A DNA stretch of 64,000 nucleotides from an uncultured bacterium (lineage in GTDB: Bacteria; Arandabacterota; Arandabacteria; Arandabacterales; JALGWA01). Every line of letters starts with the position of its first letter. Within the stretch, counting starts at the first letter, position 1. Where the stretch lies: the NCBI GenBank assembly GCA_964604955.1, contig CAZSBE010000002.1:194-64193 (forward strand), written 5' to 3'. Below, one piece after another: positions 34,878 through 46,279 of the stretch. Both the position numbers and the translations under genes were made by a program. The notes beneath the pieces are model-generated. The model had not been told where the DNA came from and did no database searches. It saw only the letters and a program-made list of their open reading frames with translations.

Positions 34878-36767
34878 CTAGACCAGCCTGCGCTTGTCGG
34901 CCGCCCGGCGGGTCACTCCCAGGCGGTCGAGGTGCTCGAGTATGGGGACGGCGTACTTGCGGGTGGTGTCGAGGGCGTTCTTGAGTTCGCTCACCGTGGC
35001 CTCTCCGTGTTCGTTGAGATATTCGGTGACCCTCCTTGTGGCCTCCTCGATTGCCCGCCCGTGCACGTAGAGGCCGGCATCGAGTTTGACCACGGTCCCC
35101 TCCTCCACCAGGAGGCGCATGACCTTGTTCAGGGTCGCGCCGTCTGTATGAGCGGCTCTGGCAATGTCGCTCTCTGAGGGAGTCTGGAACATGCGGTCTT
35201 CAAGCAGACGCAGCACGGTGTCCCTCGCCGCCTTCTCCCCCGGGCCGAGCTCAACGTCGCTCGAACCCATCCTCACCCTGCCCTTCCGCGCGAACACGCC
35301 GCCCTCGCCGGCGAGCCTGTCGAGAACCCAGTTGAGCAGGCCGTCCGGAAGCCCGGTCTTCTCCCTCAGCTCTTCCTTGGACATGCCCCACTCGAGCTTG
35401 TTGCGAGACTGGTAGGCCGCAAGCGTCTCCGCGATGCCCCTCTCCAGGCCGTCGAGCACGTCCGCGTGAATGAACGCTCCCGGGGCGGTCTCGCAGAGCC
35501 GGCCCCTCTCGACGAGCGACACCGCTACCGACGCGGCTTCGGGGCGGGTGAGCGTGAGGCGTTTCCTGACGTCCTCCAGCGAAGCGTCGTGGGCGTATCT
35601 CCTGAAATGGGCTTCGACTATTTCATCGGGCGTCCCGGCCGCAAGCAGACCCAGAAACTCGCCGACTTGGGAGTCCTTCTTCCTGTGCCTGCCCGCTCTC
35701 GTGTCGAGGACCCGGCCTCCCCCGATTGTGGCCGGCGGCGAATAGGTCCTTACGACGAACCGGTCGCCGAAGGCGGCCACGACCGGCTTCTCGAGCCTTA
35801 CCTGTACGAAAGTCTTCTCCCCCGGGTTTGCCTGGTTCGCGCCCACTACGAATGCCCGCCCCAGGGTCTCGCTCGAGCCGAGATGAAAGCGTATGCGCGC
35901 GCCGTCCCGCAACTTCCTCTTATATGACGGCAGAAGGTAGAGCTCGGTATCGACCATGGACGTCACTTCGAATTCACCCGGGGTAACGACGCATGCGCCG
36001 CGGTCGACGCCGTCCCTGTCCACCCCGTGAAGGGCGACAGCCGTCCGCTGCCCGGCGTAGGCCCGCTCGACCTTCTCGTCGTGCACTTCAACGCCCCGCA
36101 CTCGCACGCTCACGCCACCGGGGAGCACATCGAGCCGGTCGTCCCTCGCAATGGCCCCCGACCAGAGCGTCCCCGTTACCACGGTGCCGAAACCGGTCAT
36201 GGAAAAGACCCTGTCCACCGGAAGGCGCGCGGCTTCGCCTATTGACCGGTCTTCGATCTTCCCCACCACGTCGATCATGGCCTGCATGAGCTCGTCCAGG
36301 CCCTCGCCCGTGGTCGCGGAAGTAGCGACCACCGGAGCGTCCTCGAACGGGGTGTTCTCGACGAATTTCTCCACCTCTTCGCGCACCAGCTCCACCATCT
36401 CTGGCCCGGCTAGATCGGTCTTGGTGAGCGCGAAGACGGCATGCCTGATGCCGAGCAAAGAGATGATGTCGAAGTGCTCCCTGGTCTGGGGCATTATGCC
36501 CTCATCGGCGGCGACGACGAAGAGAACGGCGTCAATCCCGCCCACGCCCGCCAGCATGTTCTTGACGAAGCGCTCGTGCCCCGGAACGTCGACGATTCCC
36601 ATTCGGGTTCCGTCGGGAAGGTCGATCCGCGCGAAGCCCAGGTCGATGGAAATGCCGCGTTCTTTCTCTTCCTTCAGGCGGTCGGTGTCGACGCCGGTCA
36701 GCGCCTTGATGAGAGCGGTCTTGCCGTGGTCGATATGTCCGGCTGTGCCCAGGACGATTCTTCGCAC
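34878..36767 (-). CDS. selB: Selenocysteine-specific translation elongation factor SelB
   Basis: GTP-binding [17 protein letters not shown] and TKTD. The long C-terminal winged-helix extension (629 aa) is typical of bacterial SelB. Confidence 0.9.
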   Translation of the reverse strand: MRRIVLGTAGHIDHGKTALIKALTGVDTDRLKEEKERGISIDLGFARIDLPDGTRMGIVDVPGHERFVKNMLAGVGGIDAVLFVVAADEGIMPQTREHFDIISLLGIRHAVFALTKTDLAGPEMVELVREEVEKFVENTPFEDAPVVATSATTGEGLDELMQAMIDVVGKIEDRSIGEAARLPVDRVFSMTGFGTVVTGTLWSGAIARDDRLDVLPGGVSVRVRGVEVHDEKVERAYAGQRTAVALHGVDRDGVDRGACVVTPGEFEVTSMVDTELYLLPSYKRKLRDGARIRFHLGSSETLGRAFVVGANQANPGEKTFVQVRLEKPVVAAFGDRFVVRTYSPPATIGGGRVLDTRAGRHRKKDSQVGEFLGLLAAGTPDEIVEAHFRRYAHDASLEDVRKRLTLTRPEAASVAVSLVERGRLCETAPGAFIHADVLDGLERGIAETLAAYQSRNKLEWGMSKEELREKTGLPDGLLNWVLDRLAGEGGVFARKGRVRMGSSDVELGPGEKAARDTVLRLLEDRMFQTPSESDIARAAHTDGATLNKVMRLLVEEGTVVKLDAGLYVHGRAIEEATRRVTEYLNEHGEATVSELKNALDTTRKYAVPILEHLDRLGVTRRAADKRRLV

Positions 36768-36784
36768 TTCCGGTCCTCCGTGCC

Positions 36785-38038
36785 CTATTCGGGCACTCTC
36801 TCGATGTCGGCGCCGAGGCCGCGCAGCTTCTCCTCTATTGCCTCATAGCCGCGGTCTATGTGATACACGCGCGAAACGTGCGTTTCGCCCTCCGCGACGA
36901 GCCCTGCCAGTACGAGGGCGGCGCTTGCCCTCAGGTCGGTCGCCATCACCGGGGCCCCGCTCAGCGTCTTCACGTACCCGACCTGGGCGGTGCTTCCGCT
37001 GAGCTTGATATCGGCGCCCAGGCGCCTGAGCTCGGGCACATGCGTGAACCGGTCCCGGAATATGGTTTCACTTATTATGCTCGTGCCCCTGGCGACGGTC
37101 ATGAGTGCCATGAACTGGGCCTGCATGTCGGTGGGGAAGCCCGGATATGGCGCGGTCACGACATCCACCGAGTTCAGGAGCTTCTTGCCGTTGATCTGGA
37201 GCCGCGTCCTCGAGACCTCCACTCCGACTCCGCACTGGACCAGCTTGACCGTAACCGACTCGACATGCTCGGGAACGCAGTCGACGATCTCGATCCGGCC
37301 GGCGGTTATCGCTCCGGCAACCATATAGGTGGCCGTCTCGACGCGGTCCGGCACTATCTTGAATTCCGCGGGAGAGAGCTCGTCCACGCCGTCGATTGTT
37401 ATGACGTCGCTGCCAGCTCCGCTTACTTTCCCGCCCATCAGGTTCAGGAAATCGGCGAGGGCCGTGATCTCGGGCTCCCTGGCCGCGTTGGTGATGACGG
37501 TCTGTCCCCTGGCGCGGCTCGCCGCCATCATGGTATTGGCGGTGGCTCCCACGCTGGGCGAGGAAAAGGTGACATGGCTGCCCTTGAGCCGCCGCACGTC
37601 TGCCTTGATATAGCCGTGGTCTATGTCGACATTCGCTCCCAGTTCGCGCATCGCTCTTATGTGAAGGTCGACCGGCCGCGGCCCCCAGGCGCAGCCGCCG
37701 GGAAGCGAAACCCTGGCCTTGCCCACGGACGCGAGCAGAGGGCCAAGCACGTATATGGATGCCCGCATCTTCCTCACGAGATCGTAGGGCGCCTCGTGGC
37801 TCACGACCTCGCTCGAGTCTATAGTGAGAACGTCGCCATCCCACCGGGACTTGACCCCGAGCTGCTCCAGCACCGCGGCCATGGAGGCCACGTCTTTGAG
37901 CCGCGGAACGTTCCTTATCACCGAAACGCCCCGCGTGAGAAGACACGCGGTCATCACGGGAAGCACGGCGTTCTTGGCGCCGCCTATCTTCACCCGGCCC
38001 TTGAGCCTCTTGCCGCCTCTCACTACGATCTTGTCCAT
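36785..38038 (-). CDS. murA: UDP-N-acetylglucosamine 1-carboxyvinyltransferase
   Basis: MurA start [12 protein letters not shown]...GAKNA, the catalytic Cys context, and length 417 aa. Confidence 0.95.
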   Translation of the reverse strand: MDKIVVRGGKRLKGRVKIGGAKNAVLPVMTACLLTRGVSVIRNVPRLKDVASMAAVLEQLGVKSRWDGDVLTIDSSEVVSHEAPYDLVRKMRASIYVLGPLLASVGKARVSLPGGCAWGPRPVDLHIRAMRELGANVDIDHGYIKADVRRLKGSHVTFSSPSVGATANTMMAASRARGQTVITNAAREPEITALADFLNLMGGKVSGAGSDVITIDGVDELSPAEFKIVPDRVETATYMVAGAITAGRIEIVDCVPEHVESVTVKLVQCGVGVEVSRTRLQINGKKLLNSVDVVTAPYPGFPTDMQAQFMALMTVARGTSIISETIFRDRFTHVPELRRLGADIKLSGSTAQVGYVKTLSGAPVMATDLRASAALVLAGLVAEGETHVSRVYHIDRGYEAIEEKLRGLGADIERVPE

Positions 38039-38917
38039 TTACGCCATCCTCGCGGTTATGACCCTGTCTCTTCCCGAGAGGTCCTTGACGACCCCGACGG
38101 CAGCCGCGCCCGCCCCTTCAAGCAGCCGGCCTACGGCTTCGCCCTGGTCCGGCGCCACCTCGAGCGCCACCAGCGCCCCCCTCGACAATATAGACGGAAG
38201 GGCCGGGATGATTCTTCTTACGAATTCCAGGCCGTCCTCTCCCCCGTCCAGGGCTGCCCGGGGCTCGTGGTCCCGGACTTCGGGTTCAAGGCCGGCGATG
38301 TCGGCGGCGCGGACATAAGGAGGATTGCAGACGAAGATGTCGAAGCCTCCCCCGCCGTCGGTCTCTCTCAAGAAACTTATACCATCTCCCACGATGAACT
38401 GCATGAGGTTTTCGACGCCGTGCCTGGAGGCATTCGCCCTGGCCGTATCGACCGAAACCGCCGAAACGTCCGTCGCGACCATGCTGAGGAGGGCGCCTCT
38501 CTCCATGCCGAGCACGCAGGCGAGGCTCACGCAGATGACGCCCGAGCCCGTGCCCATCTCGATAATCTTCAGCCGGCCGGCGCCTGCCGCTTTCGCCTTC
38601 TCAATAACGCACTCGACGAGCACCTCCGTTTCCGGGCGCGGGATGAACACACCTTCGCGCAGCCCGAAGGCGAGCGACATGAATTCGCACTCCCCCGTTA
38701 TGTACTGCAGCGGATATCTCCCGGCCCGCCGCCGCGCGAGCTCCAGCAACCGCTCCGCGTCCCCCGGTGAGACATCCCGCTCGCCATCGAGATAGAGGCC
38801 GGTCCTGGTGAGACCGAGAACGTGACCGGCGATGATCTCGGCCTCGGTCCTGGCCGTGGATATGCCCGCCCCGGAGAGTATATGCTCGACCGAGGTTACG
38901 AGAGCGACAATAGACAA
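38039..38917 (-). CDS. prmC: Release factor glutamine N5-methyltransferase
   Basis: NPPY motif (FVCNPPYV), SAM motif IEMGTGSG, and position downstream of prfA. Confidence 0.9.
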   Translation of the reverse strand: MSIVALVTSVEHILSGAGISTARTEAEIIAGHVLGLTRTGLYLDGERDVSPGDAERLLELARRRAGRYPLQYITGECEFMSLAFGLREGVFIPRPETEVLVECVIEKAKAAGAGRLKIIEMGTGSGVICVSLACVLGMERGALLSMVATDVSAVSVDTARANASRHGVENLMQFIVGDGISFLRETDGGGGFDIFVCNPPYVRAADIAGLEPEVRDHEPRAALDGGEDGLEFVRRIIPALPSILSRGALVALEVAPDQGEAVGRLLEGAGAAAVGVVKDLSGRDRVITARMA

Positions 38918-38948
38918 CGTGGTGCCTTCCTTTACCTGAAGGCCGGCA

Positions 38949-40019
38949 TCAGAAGCCGGTGGACTCTATTCTCTGCTGAGTGTCATGGACCCTGAGGGCA
39001 TCGATTATCTCGTCGAGGTCTCCGTCGAGCACCCCGTCGAGCTTATGGAGGGTGAGGCTTATCCTGTGGTCGGTGACCCTTCCCTGCGGGTAGTTGTATG
39101 TCCGGATCTTCTCGCTGCGGTCGCCCTTGCCCACCTGCTGCTTGCGCTCCCTGGCCCGTTCCCGCTCCTGTTCGACCCTGGCCATTTCATAGAGGCGCGA
39201 CCTCAGGACCTTAAGGGCCTTCGCCTTGTTCTTATGCTGCGACTTCTCGTCCTGGCACTGCACTACCATCCCCGTGGGAATGTGCGTGACTCTGACCGCC
39301 GAGTCCGTGGTGTTCACGCTCTGCCCTCCCGGACCCGATGAGCGGAACACGTCGATCCTGAGTTCTTCGGGCCTGATGTCCACGTCGACTTCCCCTGCCT
39401 CCGGCAGAATGGCTACGGTCACCGCGGAAGTGTGTATGCGCCCTGATGACTCGGTGGCCGGGACCCTCTGGACGCGATGGACGCCGCTTTCGTACTTCAG
39501 CCTGCTGTATGCGCCCCGGCCCTCGACCAGGAATATGACTTCCTTGAAACCGCCGACGCCGGTGGGGCTGGAACTCAGTATCTCGGTACTCCAGTTGTTG
39601 CCCTCGGCATACTTGGAATACATGCGGTAGAGGTCGGCGGCGAAAAGCGCGGCTTCCTCCCCGCCCGTTCCGGCCCGTATCTCCACCAGCGTGTTCTTCT
39701 CATCATTGGGGTCTTTGGGAATCAGCATCTCCTGGAGAGCCAGCTCTATCGCCTCCGCCGAAGCCTCCAGGCCCTCTATTTCCTGGCGCGCAAGCTCGGC
39801 GAGCTCGTGGTCCGCGGACGACTCTATTATCTCCTCGGCCTCGGCGATGCCCGTTTTCACCCGCTCGTACTCGCCGGCCTTCCTGACGATGCCCTCGAGT
39901 TCGCTCATCTCCCTGGAATACTCCATGAGGAGCTTGGGCTTGCTGACGATTTTCTCGTCCGAGAGCAGTTTGCCGAGCTCTTCGTACCGCTCGCAAGCTC
40001 TTCTGAGCGCGTCCCGCAT
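38949..40019 (-). CDS. prfA: Peptide chain release factor 1
   Basis: PxT-like and GGQ ([11 protein letters not shown]) motifs. The start is MRDALRR. Its ATG overlaps the TAA of the upstream DUF1385 gene (TAATG). Confidence 0.95.
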   Translation of the reverse strand: MRDALRRACERYEELGKLLSDEKIVSKPKLLMEYSREMSELEGIVRKAGEYERVKTGIAEAEEIIESSADHELAELARQEIEGLEASAEAIELALQEMLIPKDPNDEKNTLVEIRAGTGGEEAALFAADLYRMYSKYAEGNNWSTEILSSSPTGVGGFKEVIFLVEGRGAYSRLKYESGVHRVQRVPATESSGRIHTSAVTVAILPEAGEVDVDIRPEELRIDVFRSSGPGGQSVNTTDSAVRVTHIPTGMVVQCQDEKSQHKNKAKALKVLRSRLYEMARVEQERERARERKQQVGKGDRSEKIRTYNYPQGRVTDHRISLTLHKLDGVLDGDLDEIIDALRVHDTQQRIESTGF

Positions 40020-40981
40020 TACTCGGCTTCCTCCATGTGCAGCGCGCGCTTCAGGGCGTCGAGCGCGACCTCTATCTGGTCGTCGCTCGGCTCGCGCGTC
40101 GTGAACTTCTGCAGGAGCAGTCCAGGCGCCGTGATTATCCTGAGCAGAGCACCGCCCGTCTGCCGGCCCGCCCATCGCGTTATCTCGAACGAGATGCCCG
40201 CTATGAGCGGTACCAGCGCGAACCTGCGGAGCCTGTCGCTGACGCTTTCGGGCCGCCCCAGGAATATGAAAACGACTATGGCTATGACCATTACGATCAG
40301 GAGAAAGCTGGTCCCGCACCGCCTGTGCCTCGTAGTATGGCTCCTGGCGTTCTCCAGCGTCAGTTCCTGCCCGTCCTCGTAGGTCGTGATGCACTTGTGC
40401 TCGGCGCCGTGGTATTCGAAGACCCTCCGCATGTCCCGCCACATCGAGATGAGCCCGAGGTACAGGAAGAAGATCGCCAGGCGCACCAGGCCGTCGACTA
40501 TGTTGAAGAGTATGCTTCCCTTCACGCCGACGTACTCCGCGATGACGAGCGGCAGCCAGAAGAAGAGAAGCATACCTAGGACCAGCGCGATCACGATGGT
40601 GCCGCCCATTGAGAGATTCGCCTTCCATCCGCCGGACCCGGGCCCGCTCCCGGCCGCTTCGGCGGCCGGCGGCTCCGCCTCCTGCTCCGCGGGCTCTCCT
40701 GCATCAGCGGCCTTGTCCTTCGCGGCTTCCGCGGATGCTATCTCGGCGGAATAGGAGAGCGACTTGATGCCGATGAACAGGGTCTCGAAGAGCGAGATCG
40801 CTCCCCTCAGGACCGGTATGCCGAGGACCCTGTTCCTCTTGGTCACCGAGACATAGGGTTCGGTCCTGTGTATTATCCGGCCGTCGGGCTTGCGCACGCT
40901 GGTCACTACGAGATTGGGGGACCGCATCATCACGCCTTCGATGACAGCTTGTCCCCCTATAGTGAGGCTATCGTTCTTCAA
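40019..40981 (-). CDS. DUF1385 (YqhQ-like) membrane protein
   Basis: It sits in the conserved rpmE / DUF1385 / prfA / prmC gene order. It has a metal-site-like HGAEHK motif and hydrophobic segments. Confidence 0.75.
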   Translation of the reverse strand: MKNDSLTIGGQAVIEGVMMRSPNLVVTSVRKPDGRIIHRTEPYVSVTKRNRVLGIPVLRGAISLFETLFIGIKSLSYSAEIASAEAAKDKAADAGEPAEQEAEPPAAEAAGSGPGSGGWKANLSMGGTIVIALVLGMLLFFWLPLVIAEYVGVKGSILFNIVDGLVRLAIFFLYLGLISMWRDMRRVFEYHGAEHKCITTYEDGQELTLENARSHTTRHRRCGTSFLLIVMVIAIVVFIFLGRPESVSDRLRRFALVPLIAGISFEITRWAGRQTGGALLRIITAPGLLLQKFTTREPSDDQIEVALDALKRALHMEEAE

Positions 40982-40991
40982 ACGATGTCAC

Positions 40992-41237
40992 CTATTTCTC
41001 TTCTGCCGTCCCTGTTTCCTCTGCGTCCTCGTCGTCCGCCTTGAGGCCGTATTTCTTCCTGAACCTCTCCACCCTGCCGGCTGAGTCGACGAGCTTCTGC
41101 TTGCCGGTGAAGAAGGGATGGCAGGCTGAACAGATGTCGACGCGAATCTCGGGGGAAGTCGAACGCGTCTCGACCACGTTCCCGCATACGCATATTATCT
41201 TCGACGGTACGTACTTGGGATGAATGCCTTTCTTCAC
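40992..41237 (-). CDS. rpmE: 50S ribosomal protein L31
   Basis: MKKGIHPKY start and a CxxC...CxxC zinc ribbon. There is an acidic C-terminal extension. Confidence 0.95.
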   Translation of the reverse strand: MKKGIHPKYVPSKIICVCGNVVETRSTSPEIRVDICSACHPFFTGKQKLVDSAGRVERFRKKYGLKADDEDAEETGTAEEK

Positions 41238-41314
41238 TTCGTGACCCTCCTCAATCGCTCATAAAGTACGGCGGGCGGCAAAGGCCGCCCACCCATCGCT
41301 CAATCTATGCTAAC

Positions 41315-42583
41315 CTAAGTGTTCATCGTCTTCAAGAACATCTTGTTGGACTTGGCCTTGGCGAGCCTTCCGACCAGGAACTCCATGGCCTCGATCTGGT
41401 TCTTGTCGCTCAGGAACTTACGCAGTATCCAGACCTTGTTGAGCTCCTCGGGGCTCAGGAGCAGCTCCTCCTTGCGCGTGCCGGACCGGTTCAGGTCTAT
41501 GGCCGGGAACACTCTCCGGTCGGCGATCTTCCTGTCCAGCACGAGTTCCATGTTGCCCGTACCCTTGAACTCCTCGAAAATGACGTCGTCCATGCGGCTG
41601 CCCGTGTCGATGAGCGCCGTCGCTATGATGGTGAGGCTCCCGCCCTCTTCGATGTTCCGCGCGGCTCCGAAAAAGCGCTTGGGCCACTGCAGGGCGTTCG
41701 AGTCTATACCGCCGGAGAGAATCTTCCCGCTGTGCGGAATCACCGCGTTATTCGCGCGGGCCAGCCTGGTGATACTGTCTAAGAGAATCACCACGTCCTT
41801 GCCGTGCTCGGTCAGGCGCTTGGCCTTCTCCATCACCATATTGGCTACCTGCACGTGCCTCTGGGGCGGCTCGTCGAAGGTAGAGGAGATGACCTCGCCC
41901 TTGACGCTTCGCTCCATGTCCGTCACCTCTTCGGGACGCTCGTCAATGAGAAGCACGATAAGTTCGATCTCGGGGTGGTTGGTGGTCATCGCGTTGGCGA
42001 TGCTCTGCAGAAGCATGGTCTTGCCGGCCCGGGGGGGCGAGACGATGAGCCCGCGCTGGCCCTTCCCGATCGGTATGAACAGATTTACGATCCTCGTCGA
42101 GAGGTCTTTCGGGTTCCATTCGAGTTCGACCCGCTGATCCGGATACAGGGGCGTCAGGTTGTCGAACAGAATCCTCTCCTTCGCCACGTCGGGATTCTCC
42201 ATGTTGACGGCTTCAACCCTCAGGAGGGCGAAGTAGCGCTCGTTGTCCTTGGGCGGCCTGACCTGCCCCGAGACTGTGTCGCCGGTCCTCAGGTCGAATT
42301 TCTTTATCTGCGACGGAGAAACATATATGTCGTCGGGGCCCGGCAGGTATGAGTAGTCCGGGCTTCTCAAGAACCCGTACCCGTCATCCAGTATCTCGAG
42401 CACGCCCTGCGAGAAGATCAGTCCGTTCTTCTCCGTCTGTGCCTCCAGGATCTTGAAAATCAACTCCTGCTTGCGCAGACCTGTGATGCCGTCGATCTTG
42501 AGATCTTTCGCGAACCCTACAAGATCCGACATGGTCTTGGTTTTCAACTCGGCAATATCCATGTTATCTACATCTTTAGGCAT
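41315..42583 (-). CDS. rho: Transcription termination factor Rho
   Basis: Full-length similarity to Rho. It has the N-terminal OB region, Walker A PPRAGKT and the Q/R loops. Confidence 0.95.
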   Translation of the reverse strand: MPKDVDNMDIAELKTKTMSDLVGFAKDLKIDGITGLRKQELIFKILEAQTEKNGLIFSQGVLEILDDGYGFLRSPDYSYLPGPDDIYVSPSQIKKFDLRTGDTVSGQVRPPKDNERYFALLRVEAVNMENPDVAKERILFDNLTPLYPDQRVELEWNPKDLSTRIVNLFIPIGKGQRGLIVSPPRAGKTMLLQSIANAMTTNHPEIELIVLLIDERPEEVTDMERSVKGEVISSTFDEPPQRHVQVANMVMEKAKRLTEHGKDVVILLDSITRLARANNAVIPHSGKILSGGIDSNALQWPKRFFGAARNIEEGGSLTIIATALIDTGSRMDDVIFEEFKGTGNMELVLDRKIADRRVFPAIDLNRSGTRKEELLLSPEELNKVWILRKFLSDKNQIEAMEFLVGRLAKAKSNKMFLKTMNT

Positions 42584-42835
42584 AATGCTCCACCACCCCC
42601 AGGTGTTAGAATCTGTGTCGACAGCTCATGAGTGAGTCTTCCGGCGAATCTCTTCATCCGATGAATTCAGTTCCTTCCCCTGCGGGCAGTCCGCGCACGC
42701 CGACGACATTGATTGCCATGCTGAGACTCTTAACAAGGGTCGGATGTCAATTAATGAGATACCGATTAGGAATGCGTGTTTCTGACTCTGTAATAATGCT
42801 AAATCAGTCTCGCTGTATTGTCAAGACCTAAGAGA

Positions 42836-43885
42836 CTACTCTCCTCGCATCTCCTTTGCCTTCGTGAATTCCGCGACAGCCTCGGCCGTCCTACCGGACT
42901 TGGTATATGCCGTCCCCAGCAGCTCGTGGTATTCAGCCTTGTCACTGAAGGCGATCAGCTGCGTCAGCGTCTCGATCGCGGCGTCGTAGTTCTCCGTCTT
43001 CACGTACGAGAACCCGAGCCTGTACAGCGAATCCTCGTAAAGCTCGGGACTGGCATCCTTCGACCCCGCGGCGGCCTTCTGGAAAGCCATCCCGGCCTCC
43101 GCGTACATCTTGCGGTTGAAGTAGGCCGCGCCGAGGCTGAACTGAAGATCGTAGTCCTCAGGCTCTAAATCGGCAGCCCTGGCAAAGCTCTCAAGCGCTT
43201 TGTCGTAATCTTCGAGAGTAAAGGAAACATCGCCCAGCGCCATGAGCCCGTCGACGTCATCCGGCGCGACTTCGACGATCTTGGCGAAGGCTTCCTGCGC
43301 CTTGGCCAGGTTGCCGGCGTTGCGGTAGCTGATCCCCAGATTCCTCCAGCCCTCCACATATGTCGGGTCGACCTCCACTGCCTTCTGGAACGCCTCCAGC
43401 GCCTTGACCTGGGGTTCCGGCACGGCGTCCGTGGCCTCGGAATTGGAGTAGGCCACGCCCAGATTCACCCATCCGACCGGGTCCTCATCGTATATCGACG
43501 TGGCCATATCGAACTGGTAAATCGCCTCCTTGAAGTTATCCGTGGAGAGAGCCGTGATCCCGTACTTGGCGTGCTCGACGAAGTAACCCCTCTGCATCTC
43601 CTTCACCTGCATTCTCTTCTCGTCGTCCGGGGCTTTCTCCCGCGCGGCTTCGAAATAGACTTTGGCCTCCGCGTACTTGTCCTGCTCTGCAAGGGAGCGC
43701 GCCAGGAAGGTGAGGGCCTCCCAGTTGTCGGGGTCTTCCTCAACGGCCTGCCTGAAGGCGGTCTCGGCCTGCTTGTAGTCCTTGTGCTGGAAGAAGTAGG
43801 TTTTTCCGCTCCTGAAGGCCGTGGAACCGCCGCAGCCTATGGCGATAATCGTAGCCAGAATTATGACGAACTTCACCGTCCTCAT
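42836..43885 (-). CDS. TPR-repeat protein, probable lipoprotein
   Basis: Signal with a lipobox-like ...IAIGCGG, followed by about 8 TPR units. Confidence 0.7.
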   Translation of the reverse strand: MRTVKFVIILATIIAIGCGGSTAFRSGKTYFFQHKDYKQAETAFRQAVEEDPDNWEALTFLARSLAEQDKYAEAKVYFEAAREKAPDDEKRMQVKEMQRGYFVEHAKYGITALSTDNFKEAIYQFDMATSIYDEDPVGWVNLGVAYSNSEATDAVPEPQVKALEAFQKAVEVDPTYVEGWRNLGISYRNAGNLAKAQEAFAKIVEVAPDDVDGLMALGDVSFTLEDYDKALESFARAADLEPEDYDLQFSLGAAYFNRKMYAEAGMAFQKAAAGSKDASPELYEDSLYRLGFSYVKTENYDAAIETLTQLIAFSDKAEYHELLGTAYTKSGRTAEAVAEFTKAKEMRGE

Positions 43886-43990
43886 TGTTCCCTCCTTTTC
43901 AATCGCTATACTCCGTACGACACTATCGTACAAAGAAAATGGCTTGTCAAGCTAATAGGATTTTGGGCGCGTTCGGCCCCTGAGAGGCCT

Positions 43991-46234
43991 TTAGATCATG
44001 TTTTCCGGGTCCACGTCTATGCCGAAGCGCACCTGCTCACCGCTCGAGTTCTTCCTGAAAGCATCGAGGCATGCACTTACGAAAGCCGGTATATTGCGGT
44101 TCCTGCTCCCCTTGAGGATGAGATGCCACCTCTGGACGTTCTTTATCCGCGGTATGGGCGCCCGCGACGGCCCCAGGACCTCGACCTCGATGCCCGATTC
44201 CCGTGAGATCTTCCGCGCGAGCCGCGCGAAACCGTAGGCCGCCTGCCGGGCCGACTCCTCGCCGCGCGACTCGGCCACGACTCTCACGAGCCTCGCGAAC
44301 GGCGGGTACGACAGCTCCTCCCGTATCTCGACCTCCTCGGCGAAGAAGCCCTTGAAGTCGTGGTCCGCCGCGAAGTGCAGGGCATGGTGCTCGGGATTGA
44401 ACGTCTGGATTATGACGCGCCCCGGGAACTCGCCCCTGCCCGCGCGCCCGGCCACCTGGGTCAGGATCTGGAACGTGCGCTCGCCGGAGCGGAAGTCGGG
44501 GAGATTCATGCTGACGTCGGCGTTGACGACCACCACCAGCCCCACTCCCTTGAAGTCATGCCCCTTGGCGACCATCTGGGTCCCGACAAGCATGCTCACC
44601 AGGCCGCTGTCGAAGTCGGTGAGGAGTACCTCAGCCGAGCCCTTGAGCCTGGTGGAGTCGCGGTCGAACCTGGCAGCCGGCGCGTCCGGGAACCGCTCCG
44701 CGATGTAGTCCTCTATCTTCTGAGTGCCGGAACCCACGAACTCTATGTTGGCCCCGCCGCATTTCGGGCACGTGTCGCTGCCGGCCTCGCGGTAATCGCA
44801 GTAATGGCATTTGAGCTGCTTCTGCCTTATATGGTAGGTAAGCGTCACATGGCAATTCCGGCACCTGGGTACGAAACCGCAGTCCCTGCACTGTACGAAA
44901 TTCGCGAAACCCCTGCGGTTCAAGAACAGGACCACCTGCTCGCCGCGGCCCAGCGCCTCCTCGACGGCCTTCTCGGCCTCCGGGGAGATGGGGGCGCGGC
45001 CCGCCACGGTCTTCATATCGACGACGGTGACCTCGGGCAGCGATCCGCCGGCTATCCTGTCGGGCATCTCGTAGAGCTCGTACTTGCCGTTCAAGGCGTT
45101 GAAATAGGTCTCGAGCCTCGGAGTGGCGCTCCCCAGGACCACCACCGCCCCCTCTGTCTTGCCCCGCATCAGGGCGACTTCGCGCGCATTGTATCTCGGC
45201 GCGTCCTGCTGCTTGTAGGATGAATCGTGCTCTTCATCGACAACGATGATGCCGACGTTCGTGAAGGGAGTGAATACCGCCGACCTCGCGCCCACGACGA
45301 CGTCTATGGCGCCCGCGATCGCGTCGGTCCAGGTCTGGTATCGCTCTCTGGGGGTCATGCGGCTGTGAAGAAGCGCACAGCGGTCGCCGAAGTAGTTCCG
45401 GACGCGCGCCATCACCTGCGGGGTCAGGCCTATCTCCGGAACAAGGTATATGGCCTTCCCGCCCGAGCTGACCACCTCGGCTATCGCCCTTAAGTAGACC
45501 TCCGTCTTCCCGCTCCCCGTGACCCCGTGGAGGAGAAATGCCTTGAAACCGCCCGCCGCGGCCGCCGCGGTGATCGACCTCAAGGCCCTGTCCTGATGCG
45601 GCGTGAGGTTGTGCGCACCAGGTTCCGGCTCGCCGTGGTCGCGGACTGCAGCGCCGGCGTCAGCGTCCCTTATACCGCGCTTCCTTCCCCTGCGCGGCAC
45701 GACTTCTGTTCCGACGACGCCCGCCTTCTCCAGGGCGTTTACCGAGCCCGCGACGTCGTCCGAGGCGACCTTGCGCTTAAGCGTGTCAAGCCCAAGCGGC
45801 TTGCCTCCGTCCAGTGCTTCGATTATTGCCGCCCGGTCCGGATGCGTGGAGCGGATCACCTCGAGCTCCAGCTGGCTGGGGCGCGATATCAACTTCACGA
45901 CCTGCCTGAAACCCGCGTGCGGCGGGGACATGGCCCCCAGCACCTCTCCCAGGGGGGCAAGATAGTAGTCCGACATCCAGCGCGCCAGTTTCATGAGGAC
46001 GGGGGTTATGATGGGCTCCTCGTCCAGGATGCCCCTTACCGCTTTGAGCTTTCCGTCCCCCGGGCCGGCATGGCCCAGGCCGACGACTACGCCGGCCATG
46101 AGCCGCGTCCTCACCTCGACGGCGACTCGCATGCCGACCGCCAGCCTATCACGAAGGCCGGGCGGGACCGAATAGGTAAGCGTCTTGTCAATGGGAATGG
46201 GAACGGCCACTTCGGCCTTGAGCGCGTTCTGCAA
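43991..46234 (-). CDS. priA: Primosomal protein N' (replication restart helicase PriA)
   Basis: DEXH helicase motifs GVTGSGKT and DEEHD. Cys4 zinc-binding CxxC pairs (CRDCG...CRNC...CHYCD...CPKCG). Confidence 0.95.
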   Translation of the reverse strand: MQNALKAEVAVPIPIDKTLTYSVPPGLRDRLAVGMRVAVEVRTRLMAGVVVGLGHAGPGDGKLKAVRGILDEEPIITPVLMKLARWMSDYYLAPLGEVLGAMSPPHAGFRQVVKLISRPSQLELEVIRSTHPDRAAIIEALDGGKPLGLDTLKRKVASDDVAGSVNALEKAGVVGTEVVPRRGRKRGIRDADAGAAVRDHGEPEPGAHNLTPHQDRALRSITAAAAAGGFKAFLLHGVTGSGKTEVYLRAIAEVVSSGGKAIYLVPEIGLTPQVMARVRNYFGDRCALLHSRMTPRERYQTWTDAIAGAIDVVVGARSAVFTPFTNVGIIVVDEEHDSSYKQQDAPRYNAREVALMRGKTEGAVVVLGSATPRLETYFNALNGKYELYEMPDRIAGGSLPEVTVVDMKTVAGRAPISPEAEKAVEEALGRGEQVVLFLNRRGFANFVQCRDCGFVPRCRNCHVTLTYHIRQKQLKCHYCDYREAGSDTCPKCGGANIEFVGSGTQKIEDYIAERFPDAPAARFDRDSTRLKGSAEVLLTDFDSGLVSMLVGTQMVAKGHDFKGVGLVVVVNADVSMNLPDFRSGERTFQILTQVAGRAGRGEFPGRVIIQTFNPEHHALHFAADHDFKGFFAEEVEIREELSYPPFARLVRVVAESRGEESARQAAYGFARLARKISRESGIEVEVLGPSRAPIPRIKNVQRWHLILKGSRNRNIPAFVSACLDAFRKNSSGEQVRFGIDVDPENMI

Positions 46235-46279
46235 CTTGGTCCTCTTCCGGATGGGTGAAGTCAGGTAGTTCCTGAGGTA

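Noticed and set aside
38949-40628. 559-aa ORF-track version of prfA.
   Set aside because: The N-terminal 203 residues overlap the DUF1385 gene in another frame and show no RF1 homology. The conserved start MRDALRR at 40019 overlaps the upstream stop (TAATG).
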